35,137 bases of DNA from an uncultured Bacilli bacterium (GTDB lineage: Bacteria > Bacillota_I > Bacilli_A > RF39 > UBA660). Both the position numbers and the translations under genes were made by a program. Location: the NCBI GenBank assembly GCA_944358725.1, contig CALVRS010000019.1, forward strand, positions 1-35,137. The letters are read 5' to 3'. The notes under the pieces are model-generated. The model made no database searches, was not told where the DNA came from, and saw only the letters and a list, made by a program, of their open reading frames with translations. Of the stretch, positions 16,395-23,682 are shown one piece after another (position 1 is the stretch's first letter; each line of letters begins with the position of its first letter).

Positions 16395-17264
16395 ATGATT
16401 AGTGCAAGTTTAGTAAAAGAATTAAGAGAAAAAACCGGAGCAGGTATGCTTGATTGCAAAAAAGCTCTAGAAGCTACTAACGGTAATATCGATGAAGCTA
16501 TTGACTGGTTAAGAGAAAAAGGAATTTCAAAAGCCGCTAAAAAAGCTGACAGAATTGCCGCTGAAGGACTAGCTGCCATCTTAACTGAAGGAAATGACGC
16601 TGTTATTTTAGAAATGAACTCAGAAACAGATTTCGTAGCTAAAAATGAAGAATTTCAAGAATTAGTAAAAGAAACTTTAAAAACTATTATCAAAAGTAAT
16701 GCCAAAACATTAGAAGAAGCATTAGAATTACCATATGAAGAAGGTACAATTAATGATTTTATCGTTTCAAAAACAGCTAAAATTGGCGAAAAATTATCAT
16801 TAAGAAGATTTGCTAAAGTAACTAAAAAAGATTCAGAAAGCTTTGGCGAATATATCCATATGGGTGGTAAAATTGCCGTTTTAATTGTAACAGAAGGAAC
16901 TGATAGCCTAGTAGCTAAAGATATCGCAATGCATGCTGCTGCTATGCGTCCAACATACGTAAGCATCGAAGATGTTCCAGCAGATGTTTTAGAAAAAGAA
17001 AAAGCTGTTTTAAAAGAGCAAGCTATGAATGAAGGAAAACCAGCTGAAATAGCCGAAAAAATGGTTCAAGGTAGAATTAATAAATTCTATAAAGAAATTT
17101 GTCTAGAAGAACAACCATTTGTTAAAGACGGAGATATTAACGTTAAAACATATGCTAAAAATAATGGCGGAAAAATTACTGCTATGTATAGATATGAAGT
17201 AGGCGAGGGAATGGAAAAGAAAGAAGAAAACTTTGCCGAAGAAGTTGCTAAACAAATGAAATAG
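16395..17264 (+). CDS. tsf: Elongation factor Ts
   Basis: [43 protein letters not shown] is the UBA-like N-terminus of EF-Ts. 289 aa. Confidence 0.95.
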   Translation: MISASLVKELREKTGAGMLDCKKALEATNGNIDEAIDWLREKGISKAAKKADRIAAEGLAAILTEGNDAVILEMNSETDFVAKNEEFQELVKETLKTIIKSNAKTLEEALELPYEEGTINDFIVSKTAKIGEKLSLRRFAKVTKKDSESFGEYIHMGGKIAVLIVTEGTDSLVAKDIAMHAAAMRPTYVSIEDVPADVLEKEKAVLKEQAMNEGKPAEIAEKMVQGRINKFYKEICLEEQPFVKDGDINVKTYAKNNGGKITAMYRYEVGEGMEKKEENFAEEVAKQMK

Positions 17265-17271
17265 CATCAAA

Positions 17272-17297
17272 TTTGATGCTATTTTTTAAATGAAATT
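17272..17297 (+). terminator. Terminator after tsf
   Basis: Palindrome TAGCATCAAATTTGATGCTA followed by TTTTTT. Confidence 0.75.
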
Positions 17298-17331
17298 TAT
17301 AAATATAAAAAATAAAGCTCAAACTAAAGCT

Positions 17332-17547
17332 TTATTTTTTCTTTTCAAAAATTATATTAATATTATTCTTCTTACATATTTCCATCAAAGTTTTAAAAGT
17401 ATAATTTCTTTTTCCTTGCTCGTAATTTTGAACTGTTCCCTTAGAAACATTAATTTTTTTAGCAAACTCTTCTTGTGTAAGTTCAGTCCATTCTCTAATT
17501 ATTTTAAATAATTCCTTCGAATTATAATCCAAGCCATTTATTTTCAT
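17332..17547 (-). CDS. XRE-family helix-turn-helix transcriptional regulator
   Basis: 71 aa. LTQEEFAKKINVSKGTVQNYEQGKR is a classic Cro/C1-type HTH. Confidence 0.85.
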   Translation of the reverse strand: MKINGLDYNSKELFKIIREWTELTQEEFAKKINVSKGTVQNYEQGKRNYTFKTLMEICKKNNINIIFEKKK

Positions 17548-17581
17548 AGCTCACCCCACATAAAATTATTAATTATAGTCA

Positions 17582-17611
17582 TTGACAGTATATACCAAAT
17601 TGTTTTATAAT
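17582..17611 (+). promoter_or_regulatory. Near-consensus sigmaA promoter reading away from the XRE gene
   Basis: TTGACA (17582-17587), 18 nt, TATAAT (17606-17611). Confidence 0.7.
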
Positions 17612-17652
17612 TATTATTTTTATCGGTCAATACGACCGATAAAAATAATAAT
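17610..17652. promoter_or_regulatory. Perfect 19-bp-arm inverted repeat (candidate operator) overlapping the -10/+1 region
   Basis: ATTATTATTTTTATCGGTC, spacer AATAC, GACCGATAAAAATAATAAT. The arms are exact reverse complements, checked base by base. Confidence 0.7.
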
Positions 17653-17696
17653 AGCAACACACTATAAAAACAAAATATTAAAAGAAAGGATAATAA

Positions 17697-17777
17697 ATGG
17701 AAAATAAAATAATCGAACTTATAAAAAGTTATCTTATTGGTTTTGTATTAGCCATAATGCTTGCTTATTTTATTTAG
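17697..17777 (+). CDS. 26-aa hydrophobic micropeptide (candidate)
   Basis: AAAGGA lies 7 nt before ATG 17697. Sequence MENKIIELIKSYLIGFVLAIMLAYFI with stop TAG 17775-17777. It sits 15 nt upstream of the next gene in the same transcription unit. Confidence 0.4.
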   Translation: MENKIIELIKSYLIGFVLAIMLAYFI

Positions 17778-17792
17778 AAAAGAGGGGAACAA

Positions 17793-18695
17793 ATGAAAAA
17801 GAATTATTTAAAAACAAATTTAATAAGTTTTATAACAGGAGTTTTAATCTTTAGTTGTATTGGGGTGTATGCCATTGTAAATTTTTCTTCTAATGATGTC
17901 ACATATGATAACAAAGAAAGTGGACTTTCAAGTACAAATGTCAAAGGAGCAATCGATGAGCTTTATATAGAATGCACAAAAGAACCAACAGCTGGAGAAA
18001 CTATTATAGAAAATGCTGGTTTAGAAAAAGATCCTTATGAGTGTAGATATTTCTTTACAGGAGCTGATCCTAATAATTATATAACTTTTAATGATGAAAA
18101 AGCCGGCTGGCGCATAATATCAGTAGAGTGTGATGGGACAATTAAAATAATGAAAATATCGAATATAAATCTTATGACATGGAATACTGATGGAGATGGA
18201 AATTGGGATGGGCCAACAACACTTAATACTTACTTAAATAGCACCTATTATAATCAATTAGATAGTGTTGCTAAAAGTCAAATTATCGATGGTAATTTTA
18301 GCATAGGAGAAATAACAGAGGACAATACCAACTTATTCGAACAAATAAATGATGAAAATAGTAAAAAATGGAAAGGAAAAATAGCATTACCAACAGTAAG
18401 CGAATATCTAAGAACAAATAGTAATAAAAGTAGCTGTGGAACATTTAGTTTAAATAATAACAATTCTAATAGTTGTAAAAACACAACTTGGATGTTTACA
18501 TCAAATGTTTATAATTGGTGGGCATTATCGCGTCCTTACAACGGTTTCTCTTCTATTGGTATTGAAATAATAAATGGTAGAATTGATTCTGGCAATCAAC
18601 CTTCTTTGGTTAGGCCAACCCTCTATCTTTCATCAAATATTAAAATCATAGGAGGTACAGGAACTTCTTCTGACCCATATCAAATTTCACTATAA
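17793..18695 (+). CDS. Signal-anchored secreted hypothetical protein
   Basis: 300 aa with RBS AGAGGGGA and an N-terminal TM helix (LISFITGVLIFSCIGVYAIV). The motif TNVKGAIDELY is followed by a C-terminal WWALSRP...LVRPTLYLSS signature, which is reminiscent of DUF6273-type domains. Family assignment is from memory and uncertain. Confidence 0.65.
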   Translation: MKKNYLKTNLISFITGVLIFSCIGVYAIVNFSSNDVTYDNKESGLSSTNVKGAIDELYIECTKEPTAGETIIENAGLEKDPYECRYFFTGADPNNYITFNDEKAGWRIISVECDGTIKIMKISNINLMTWNTDGDGNWDGPTTLNTYLNSTYYNQLDSVAKSQIIDGNFSIGEITEDNTNLFEQINDENSKKWKGKIALPTVSEYLRTNSNKSSCGTFSLNNNNSNSCKNTTWMFTSNVYNWWALSRPYNGFSSIGIEIINGRIDSGNQPSLVRPTLYLSSNIKIIGGTGTSSDPYQISL

Positions 18696-18702
18696 AAAAT
18701 TT

Positions 18703-18739
18703 AAAGAACTTTTAAAACTATCTATAAAAGTTCTTTTTT
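18703..18739 (+). terminator. Rho-independent terminator
   Basis: 12-bp stem AAAGAACTTTTA / TAAAAGTTCTTT followed by a T-run. Confidence 0.75.
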
Positions 18740-18816
18740 GTAAAGTAAATCATTAATTCCATTGTTTTAAACCTAAAAATATATTATAATTATTAATGGA
18801 ATAGTGAGGTAGTAAA

Positions 18817-19539
18817 ATGGATTATTCAAAATTAAAAATCCCAACTCATGTCGCATTTATTGTCGATGGTAATGGTAGGTGGGCTACTGAAAAAGGAAAA
18901 ATTAGAAGTGAAGGACATAAACAAGGTTTTTTAAATCTAAAAAAATTAACAGCTTATATTTTTTCAAAAAACATAAAATATATCAGTGCTTATCTTTTTT
19001 CAACTGAAAACTTTAAAAGAAGTGAAAAAGAAGTTTCATTCATTATGAATTTATTAACTAATCAGTTAAAAGATATTTTAAATTTTTGCCATGAAAATCA
19101 AATAAAAGCTTTTTTCTCAGGAAGAAAAGAAAATCTTTCTAAAAATGTTTTAAAAGCCATGAAAGAAATAGAAGACGAAACAAAAAAATATAAAAATAGA
19201 ATATTTAATATTTGTTTTAACTATGGAGGCCATACCGAAATAATCGATGCAACAAAAAAAATAGTCAAAGATGTACAAAATGGTAATTTAGATATAAATA
19301 CTTTAGATGAAAACATCTTTAATAAATATTTGTATCAAGACCTTCCGCCTGTTGACCTCATGATAAGAACTAGTGGAGAACAAAGACTTAGTAACTTTAT
19401 GCTTTGGCAAAACTCATATGCTGAATTCTATTTTCCAAAAACATATTTCCCAGACTTTGATGAAAATGAATTTGATAAAGCCATATTAGAATATACTAAA
19501 CGTGATAGAAGATTTGGAGGTATAGATTATGAAAATTAG
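18817..19539 (+). CDS. uppS: Isoprenyl transferase (undecaprenyl diphosphate synthase)
   Basis: HVAFIVDGNGRWA, IRTSGEQRLSNFMLWQ and YAEFYF motifs. Confidence 0.92.
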   Translation: MDYSKLKIPTHVAFIVDGNGRWATEKGKIRSEGHKQGFLNLKKLTAYIFSKNIKYISAYLFSTENFKRSEKEVSFIMNLLTNQLKDILNFCHENQIKAFFSGRKENLSKNVLKAMKEIEDETKKYKNRIFNICFNYGGHTEIIDATKKIVKDVQNGNLDINTLDENIFNKYLYQDLPPVDLMIRTSGEQRLSNFMLWQNSYAEFYFPKTYFPDFDENEFDKAILEYTKRDRRFGGIDYEN

Positions 19540-20329
19540 AATTATAAGTGCCATAATAGCACTTGCTATCATAATCCCATTAATATTAACTGGTGGCACT
19601 ATCTTTAACGTTGGAGTGTATGCAATTTCAATTCTAGCACTCAAAGAATTTTTAGATATAAAAGCAACAAAAAAACAAATACCAATTTTTATACAACTAA
19701 TCGCATATATTTTTATAACAATATTAATAGCCTTTAATTCAAAAGACTTGTCTAATGTTTTTACTTTAGACTATAGAATTTTATCCGCATTATTTATGGC
19801 ATTTTTGATACCAACAGTCTTTTATCATGAAAGAGCTAAATATAGTATTAACGATGCCTTTTATCTAATAGGTGGCTTGCTTTTCTTAGGAATTTCAATG
19901 TCGCTATTAATCCTAGTGCGTTCAGTAGATTTAAATCTATTAATATTCTTACTATTAATACCAATGATTACCGATATATTCGCCTATATAACAGGTATGC
20001 TTGTAGGTAAACATAAACTATTAGAAGAAATATCACCTAAAAAAACCGTCGAAGGTATGATAGGAGGAACCCTTATGGGTGTCTTCGTCAGTGCCATGTT
20101 CTATCATACAGTAATTGATCCAACCTTTTCTAAAATAGAATTACTAGCTATATGTACATTTTTATCATTGCTAGGTCAGTATGGCGATTTAGTATTCTCA
20201 GCCATCAAACGTTACTTCGGTAAAAAAGACTTTTCAAATCTTATTCCAGGCCATGGTGGTATTTTAGATAGATTAGACAGTATTATCTTTGTACTATTAG
20301 GATTTATGTTTTTCATAACAATTATATAA
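19529..20329 (+). CDS. cdsA: Phosphatidate cytidylyltransferase
   Basis: Polytopic, with SPKKTVEGMIGG and GHGGILDRLDS motifs. It overlaps uppS by 11 nt. Confidence 0.9.
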   Translation: MKIRIISAIIALAIIIPLILTGGTIFNVGVYAISILALKEFLDIKATKKQIPIFIQLIAYIFITILIAFNSKDLSNVFTLDYRILSALFMAFLIPTVFYHERAKYSINDAFYLIGGLLFLGISMSLLILVRSVDLNLLIFLLLIPMITDIFAYITGMLVGKHKLLEEISPKKTVEGMIGGTLMGVFVSAMFYHTVIDPTFSKIELLAICTFLSLLGQYGDLVFSAIKRYFGKKDFSNLIPGHGGILDRLDSIIFVLLGFMFFITII

Positions 20330-20341
20330 AGGGGAGATTTT

Positions 20342-21379
20342 ATGACATTAATTTATTTCATATTAGTATTAGGAGTAATAATTTTAATTCACGAATTTGG
20401 ACACTTTATCTTTGCTAAAAAAGCAGGTATTTATGTCTATGAATTTTCAATTGGCATGGGTCCGAGAATAATAAAATGGAAAAGAAAAAATGACGAAACA
20501 GAATATTCAATTAGATTAATTCCAATAGGCGGCTTCGTCCAAATGGCTGGCGAAGAAATAGATGATGATCCAAACGTTCCTAAAGATAAAAAATTCAGCG
20601 TAAAAACATTCGGTCAAAAATTTATGACCGTCATTGCCGGAATTATGAATAACTTTATCTTAGCTATTATTCTTTTCTTTATCATAGCCATATTCAATGG
20701 CGCACCGCAAAATAAAGCCATCGTCGGCGAAATAAGTAAAGATTATCCAGCATATTCATCAGGTCTGCAAGAAGGAGATAGAATATTAAAAATAAATGGA
20801 AAAGATGCTAGTACATATGATACACTTGCCTTAGAACTTCAAGTAAATACTGGTGAAAAAATAAAAATGGAAGTTGAAAGAAATGGAAAAACAAAAACAA
20901 TTAATTTAACTCCAAAAAAAGTCAAAGAAAATGGCGAAGAAGTTTATAAATATGGCTTTGCCATAAATGATGAAATTCAAACAGGTTTCTTTGCATCTAT
21001 AAAATATGCCTTTTCAAAAACCTTTAGCTTAGTTCATCAAATGATATTAATAATCTTTTATTTAGTAACTGGTAACTTAAATATTAATGCATTATCAGGA
21101 CCTGTAGGTATATATAATATCGTTGGTACTGCCGCTGATAGTGGTATTTGGTCAATATTAAGCCTAACCGCTTTGTTAAGTGTTAATGTTGGTTTCATTA
21201 ACTTCCTGCCAATACCAGCCTTTGATGGTGGTAGATTATTATTCATAATAATAGAAAAAATCAAAGGAAAACCAGTTGATCCAAGATTTGAAAATACAAT
21301 TCACTCCATTGGTTTCTTCTTATTGATGGCTCTAATGATTTTAATAACCTATAATGATATAATCAGACTAATTAAATAA
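20342..21379 (+). CDS. rseP: RIP metalloprotease RseP/RasP (M50 site-2 protease with PDZ domain)
   Basis: HEFGHF zinc motif in TM1, a PDZ-like middle region and NFLPIPAFDGG near the C-terminus. Confidence 0.92.
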   Translation: MTLIYFILVLGVIILIHEFGHFIFAKKAGIYVYEFSIGMGPRIIKWKRKNDETEYSIRLIPIGGFVQMAGEEIDDDPNVPKDKKFSVKTFGQKFMTVIAGIMNNFILAIILFFIIAIFNGAPQNKAIVGEISKDYPAYSSGLQEGDRILKINGKDASTYDTLALELQVNTGEKIKMEVERNGKTKTINLTPKKVKENGEEVYKYGFAINDEIQTGFFASIKYAFSKTFSLVHQMILIIFYLVTGNLNINALSGPVGIYNIVGTAADSGIWSILSLTALLSVNVGFINFLPIPAFDGGRLLFIIIEKIKGKPVDPRFENTIHSIGFFLLMALMILITYNDIIRLIK

Positions 21380-21395
21380 GAAAGGACTAAATATA

Positions 21396-21791
21396 GTGAA
21401 AAAACAATCAAAAAATAAAATATTTATAATTATAATTGTCATATTAATAGTAGCTTTACTTTCAGTAACTATTATTAGTAATAATCAAAAATCTGTAATT
21501 CAAATGCCAACAACTCAAGAAATATCACAAATTCTCAAAGATGAAGATTTCATAATAATTGATGTCAGAACTGAAGAGGAATATAAAACAGGTCATATAA
21601 AAAATGCCATCAATATTCCAAATAGCGAAATAAATAAAATTGATTATCCTAAAAATCAACCTATCGCCGTCTATTGCAAAACAGGCAAACGTAGTCATGA
21701 AGTAGCTAAAGAATTGGAAAAAATGGGTTATACACAAATCTATGACCTAGGAGGTATTCAAAGTATGGATGAAAATTTAATTACTGATTAA
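21396..21791 (+). CDS. Membrane-anchored rhodanese-domain protein
   Basis: 131 aa with a GTG start, one N-terminal TM helix, IIDVRTEEEYKTGHIKNAINIP and the active-site loop CKTGKRS. Confidence 0.8.
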   Translation: MKKQSKNKIFIIIIVILIVALLSVTIISNNQKSVIQMPTTQEISQILKDEDFIIIDVRTEEEYKTGHIKNAINIPNSEINKIDYPKNQPIAVYCKTGKRSHEVAKELEKMGYTQIYDLGGIQSMDENLITD

Positions 21792-22061
21792 AAAGCGCAT
21801 ATTTACAAAATTAAGTCCATACAATAAATAAATCACATGAAGCTAAACTATACAAAACCACTTAAAAAAATCATTAATATTTTTTTGCTCGCAAATTTTA
21901 CATAGATAATTTGAGATTTTAATGAGTGCCAAAAGTGGTGCCATAATATGTATAAATGTTAATATAGAAACTGATAAAAATGTTAAAAAATAATTTTCCC
22001 ATAAAAGCGCCTAGAAAAAGGGGCTTTTCTTTTTTGAAAAATTGTTTTATAATAAGGCTAT

Positions 22062-22146
22062 GCATGGGTGGCGGAATGGTAGACGCGCTACTTTGAGGGG
22101 GTAGTGGGGTAAACCTGTGCGAGTTCAACTCTCGTCCCATGCACCA
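22062..22146 (+). tRNA. tRNA-Leu (anticodon GAG, 22095-22097), type II with long variable arm, CCA encoded
   Basis: Acceptor GCATGGG/CCCATGC, 3-bp D stem, anticodon stem CTACT/GGTAG with loop TTGAGGG, T arm GCGAG-TTCAACT-CTCGT, discriminator A plus CCA. Folded by hand. Confidence 0.85.
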
Positions 22147-22264
22147 GTTGATATTTAAAAACCGTTGATTTTTGGCGGCTTTATCATGTTATAAATCTAA
22201 AAAACTCCCAAAAATGGAAATATAGGAAAACAAAATAATCGATAATTACTTTATTAGAGATTTA

Positions 22265-22513
22265 ATGATTGATTTAGATAGAATATTATTCCAAATGAGT
22301 AATGATAATGATGTAAACGGTACAAATTATTCTAAAAATGATATAAAAGATGTTATTGATGAAAAAAAGTATGAAAGTAAAACAGGAGATTATAATTACT
22401 TTATCGACTTTATCAAAACTTATTTAAAAGATAGATACCCATTTGATTTTTATAGAGGATCAATGGATAATAATATAGCACAAGATTTAAATGATATGAA
22501 AAAAAGTCGATAA
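22265..22513 (+). CDS. Hypothetical acidic protein (weakly supported ORF)
   Basis: 82-aa ORF with no convincing RBS, in AT-rich orphan sequence downstream of tRNA-Leu. Confidence 0.3.
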   Translation: MIDLDRILFQMSNDNDVNGTNYSKNDIKDVIDEKKYESKTGDYNYFIDFIKTYLKDRYPFDFYRGSMDNNIAQDLNDMKKSR

Positions 22514-22613
22514 TTATTGTAAATCAATTATATATTACATACCTTAAAATAAGCCTTTTTAACATAAATATTGTCAAGATAATATACATTTTATTAAAAA
22601 ATCAAAAAATATA

Positions 22614-22642
22614 TTGACACCATAAAAAATACATGTTATCAT
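22614..22642 (+). promoter_or_regulatory. Strong sigmaA promoter (extended -10) with no ORF behind it
   Basis: TTGACA (22614-22619), 17 nt, TGtTATCAT (22634-22642). Confidence 0.65.
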
Positions 22643-22645
22643 GAA

Positions 22646-22949
22646 ATTACTTAATAGGATAGCGAAAAAAAGTTTATTGCTTATCTCATAATCTAAATTT
22701 TTAATCTGTTTTATCACTTATTAAAATATTTCTCATTATGAATTAAAAGCATTTAACTGTTCTTTACTTACCTTATATGTGGAAGTTATAGTATAAGGGA
22801 AGAGAGAACCGCCATATCAATCAAGCTATTAAGTAATATGTACATATATGGGATCTTGATAAAATTATAAATTATAACTGTCAATATAATTCTATAATTA
22901 CTTTTAAACCCATCCAAAAACATGCTTTATGACAGATAGCATGTTTTTT
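22646..22949 (+). ncRNA. Candidate structured RNA / long leader (about 300 nt, promoter to terminator, no ORF)
   Basis: There is a 12-nt perfect long-range complement, ATTACTTAATAG (22646-22657) with CTATTAAGTAAT (22826-22837). Local hairpins are CCTTATA/TATAAGG (22771-22798) and TCATAAT/ATTATGA. The unit ends in a 10-bp-stem terminator. Confidence 0.35.
22917..22949 (+). terminator. Rho-independent terminator 75 nt upstream of the dfx start
   Basis: AAAACATGCT (22917-22926), 11-nt loop, AGCATGTTTT (22938-22947), then TT. Confidence 0.75.
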
Positions 22950-23024
22950 GGTAGAAAAACATGTATTCCCATAAAATGTATAAATTAAAAGAAGTAAAAC
23001 TTCTTAAAAATAGGAGATGTAAAA

Positions 23025-23396
23025 ATGAGAAAATTTTATGTATGTAAAAAATGTGGCAACACTGTATCACTTTTAGTAGAAGGCAAAGGCACATTAACAT
23101 GTTGTGAAAAACCAATGGAACTTTTAAAACCATCTGCATCAGATGCGGCTTTAGAAAAACATGTACCAAACTGTGAAGTTAGAGACGATAAAATAATTGT
23201 TAAAATAGGCGAAGTAATGCATCCAATGGATGAAGATCATTATATAAACTTTGTGGCTTTAGAATATAATGGCAATATTCAAATTCATAATTTCAAACCA
23301 AAGGATGATCCAATTTGGGCCTTCGATTATGTTGAAAATTCTGTAGTATATGCATATTGTAATAAACATGGATTATGGAAGACAAATATTAATTAA
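23025..23396 (+). CDS. dfx: Desulfoferrodoxin (class I superoxide reductase)
   Basis: N-terminal desulforedoxin site CKKC...CC, plus centre II residues EKHVP, HPMDEDHYI and YCNKHGLW. RBS TAGGAG. Confidence 0.9.
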   Translation: MRKFYVCKKCGNTVSLLVEGKGTLTCCEKPMELLKPSASDAALEKHVPNCEVRDDKIIVKIGEVMHPMDEDHYINFVALEYNGNIQIHNFKPKDDPIWAFDYVENSVVYAYCNKHGLWKTNIN

Positions 23397-23436
23397 AAAA
23401 GTACCTAATTTGTACCTAATTAAATTAAAATATAAT

Positions 23437-23467
23437 AAAACCCTTGATTTTCAAGGGTAATTTTTAT
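23437..23467. terminator. Bidirectional terminator between dfx (+) and tRNA-Thr (-)
   Basis: ACCCTTGA, loop TTT, TCAAGGGT, with an A-run upstream and a T-run downstream. Confidence 0.75.
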
Positions 23468-23469
23468 TA

Positions 23470-23545
23470 TGGTGCTGGAAACAGGACTTGAACCTGCGAC
23501 CTGCTGATTACGAGACAGCTGCTCTACCAACTGAGCTACTCCAGC
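23470..23545 (-). tRNA. tRNA-Thr (anticodon CGU; ACG at 23510-23512 on +), CCA encoded
   Basis: The reverse complement is GCTGGAG-TA-GCTC-AGTTGGTA-GAGC-A-GCTGT-CTCGTAA-TCAGC-AGGTC-GCAGG-TTCAAGT-CCTGT-TTCCAGC-A-CCA. Cloverleaf folded by hand. Confidence 0.88.
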
Positions 23546-23682
23546 ACATCAACAATATTATTATATAATATTTTCACATATTTGACTAGTTTTTTATAAA
23601 TTTTATTTAAAGCATATATTTAATCACTGTTTTTTATTCCCAAATAATGGTATAATCTAATAAGAAGATTAAAGGTGATATC

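Noticed and set aside
17290-17511. 73-aa plus-strand ORF
   Set aside because: It is the antisense frame of the XRE regulator gene, which has a clear HTH. The product is low-complexity and there is no RBS.
22034-22053. TTGAAA and TATAAT boxes just upstream of tRNA-Leu as its promoter
   Set aside because: The two hexamers are only 8 nt apart, so they cannot act as a -35/-10 pair. The tRNA promoter was not confidently located.
21919-22140. 73-aa minus-strand ORF
   Set aside because: It runs antisense through tRNA-Leu (22062-22146) and AT-rich spacer and has no RBS. The tRNA cloverleaf explains the sequence.
22646-22949. Considered T-box leader or 6S RNA identity for the ORF-less transcript
   Set aside because: There is no recognisable T-box sequence (AGGGUGGNACCGCG); GAGAACCGCC is only a faint resemblance, and the downstream gene is not an aminoacyl-tRNA or amino-acid gene. 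The interior folds into several local hairpins rather than the single rod with central bubble expected for 6S. It is kept only as an unclassified candidate RNA.
23401-23421. Tandem GTACCTAATT duplication just after the dfx stop
   Set aside because: It is only two short copies in an AT-rich 3' UTR with no partner site elsewhere in the window. That is insufficient to call it a regulatory element.
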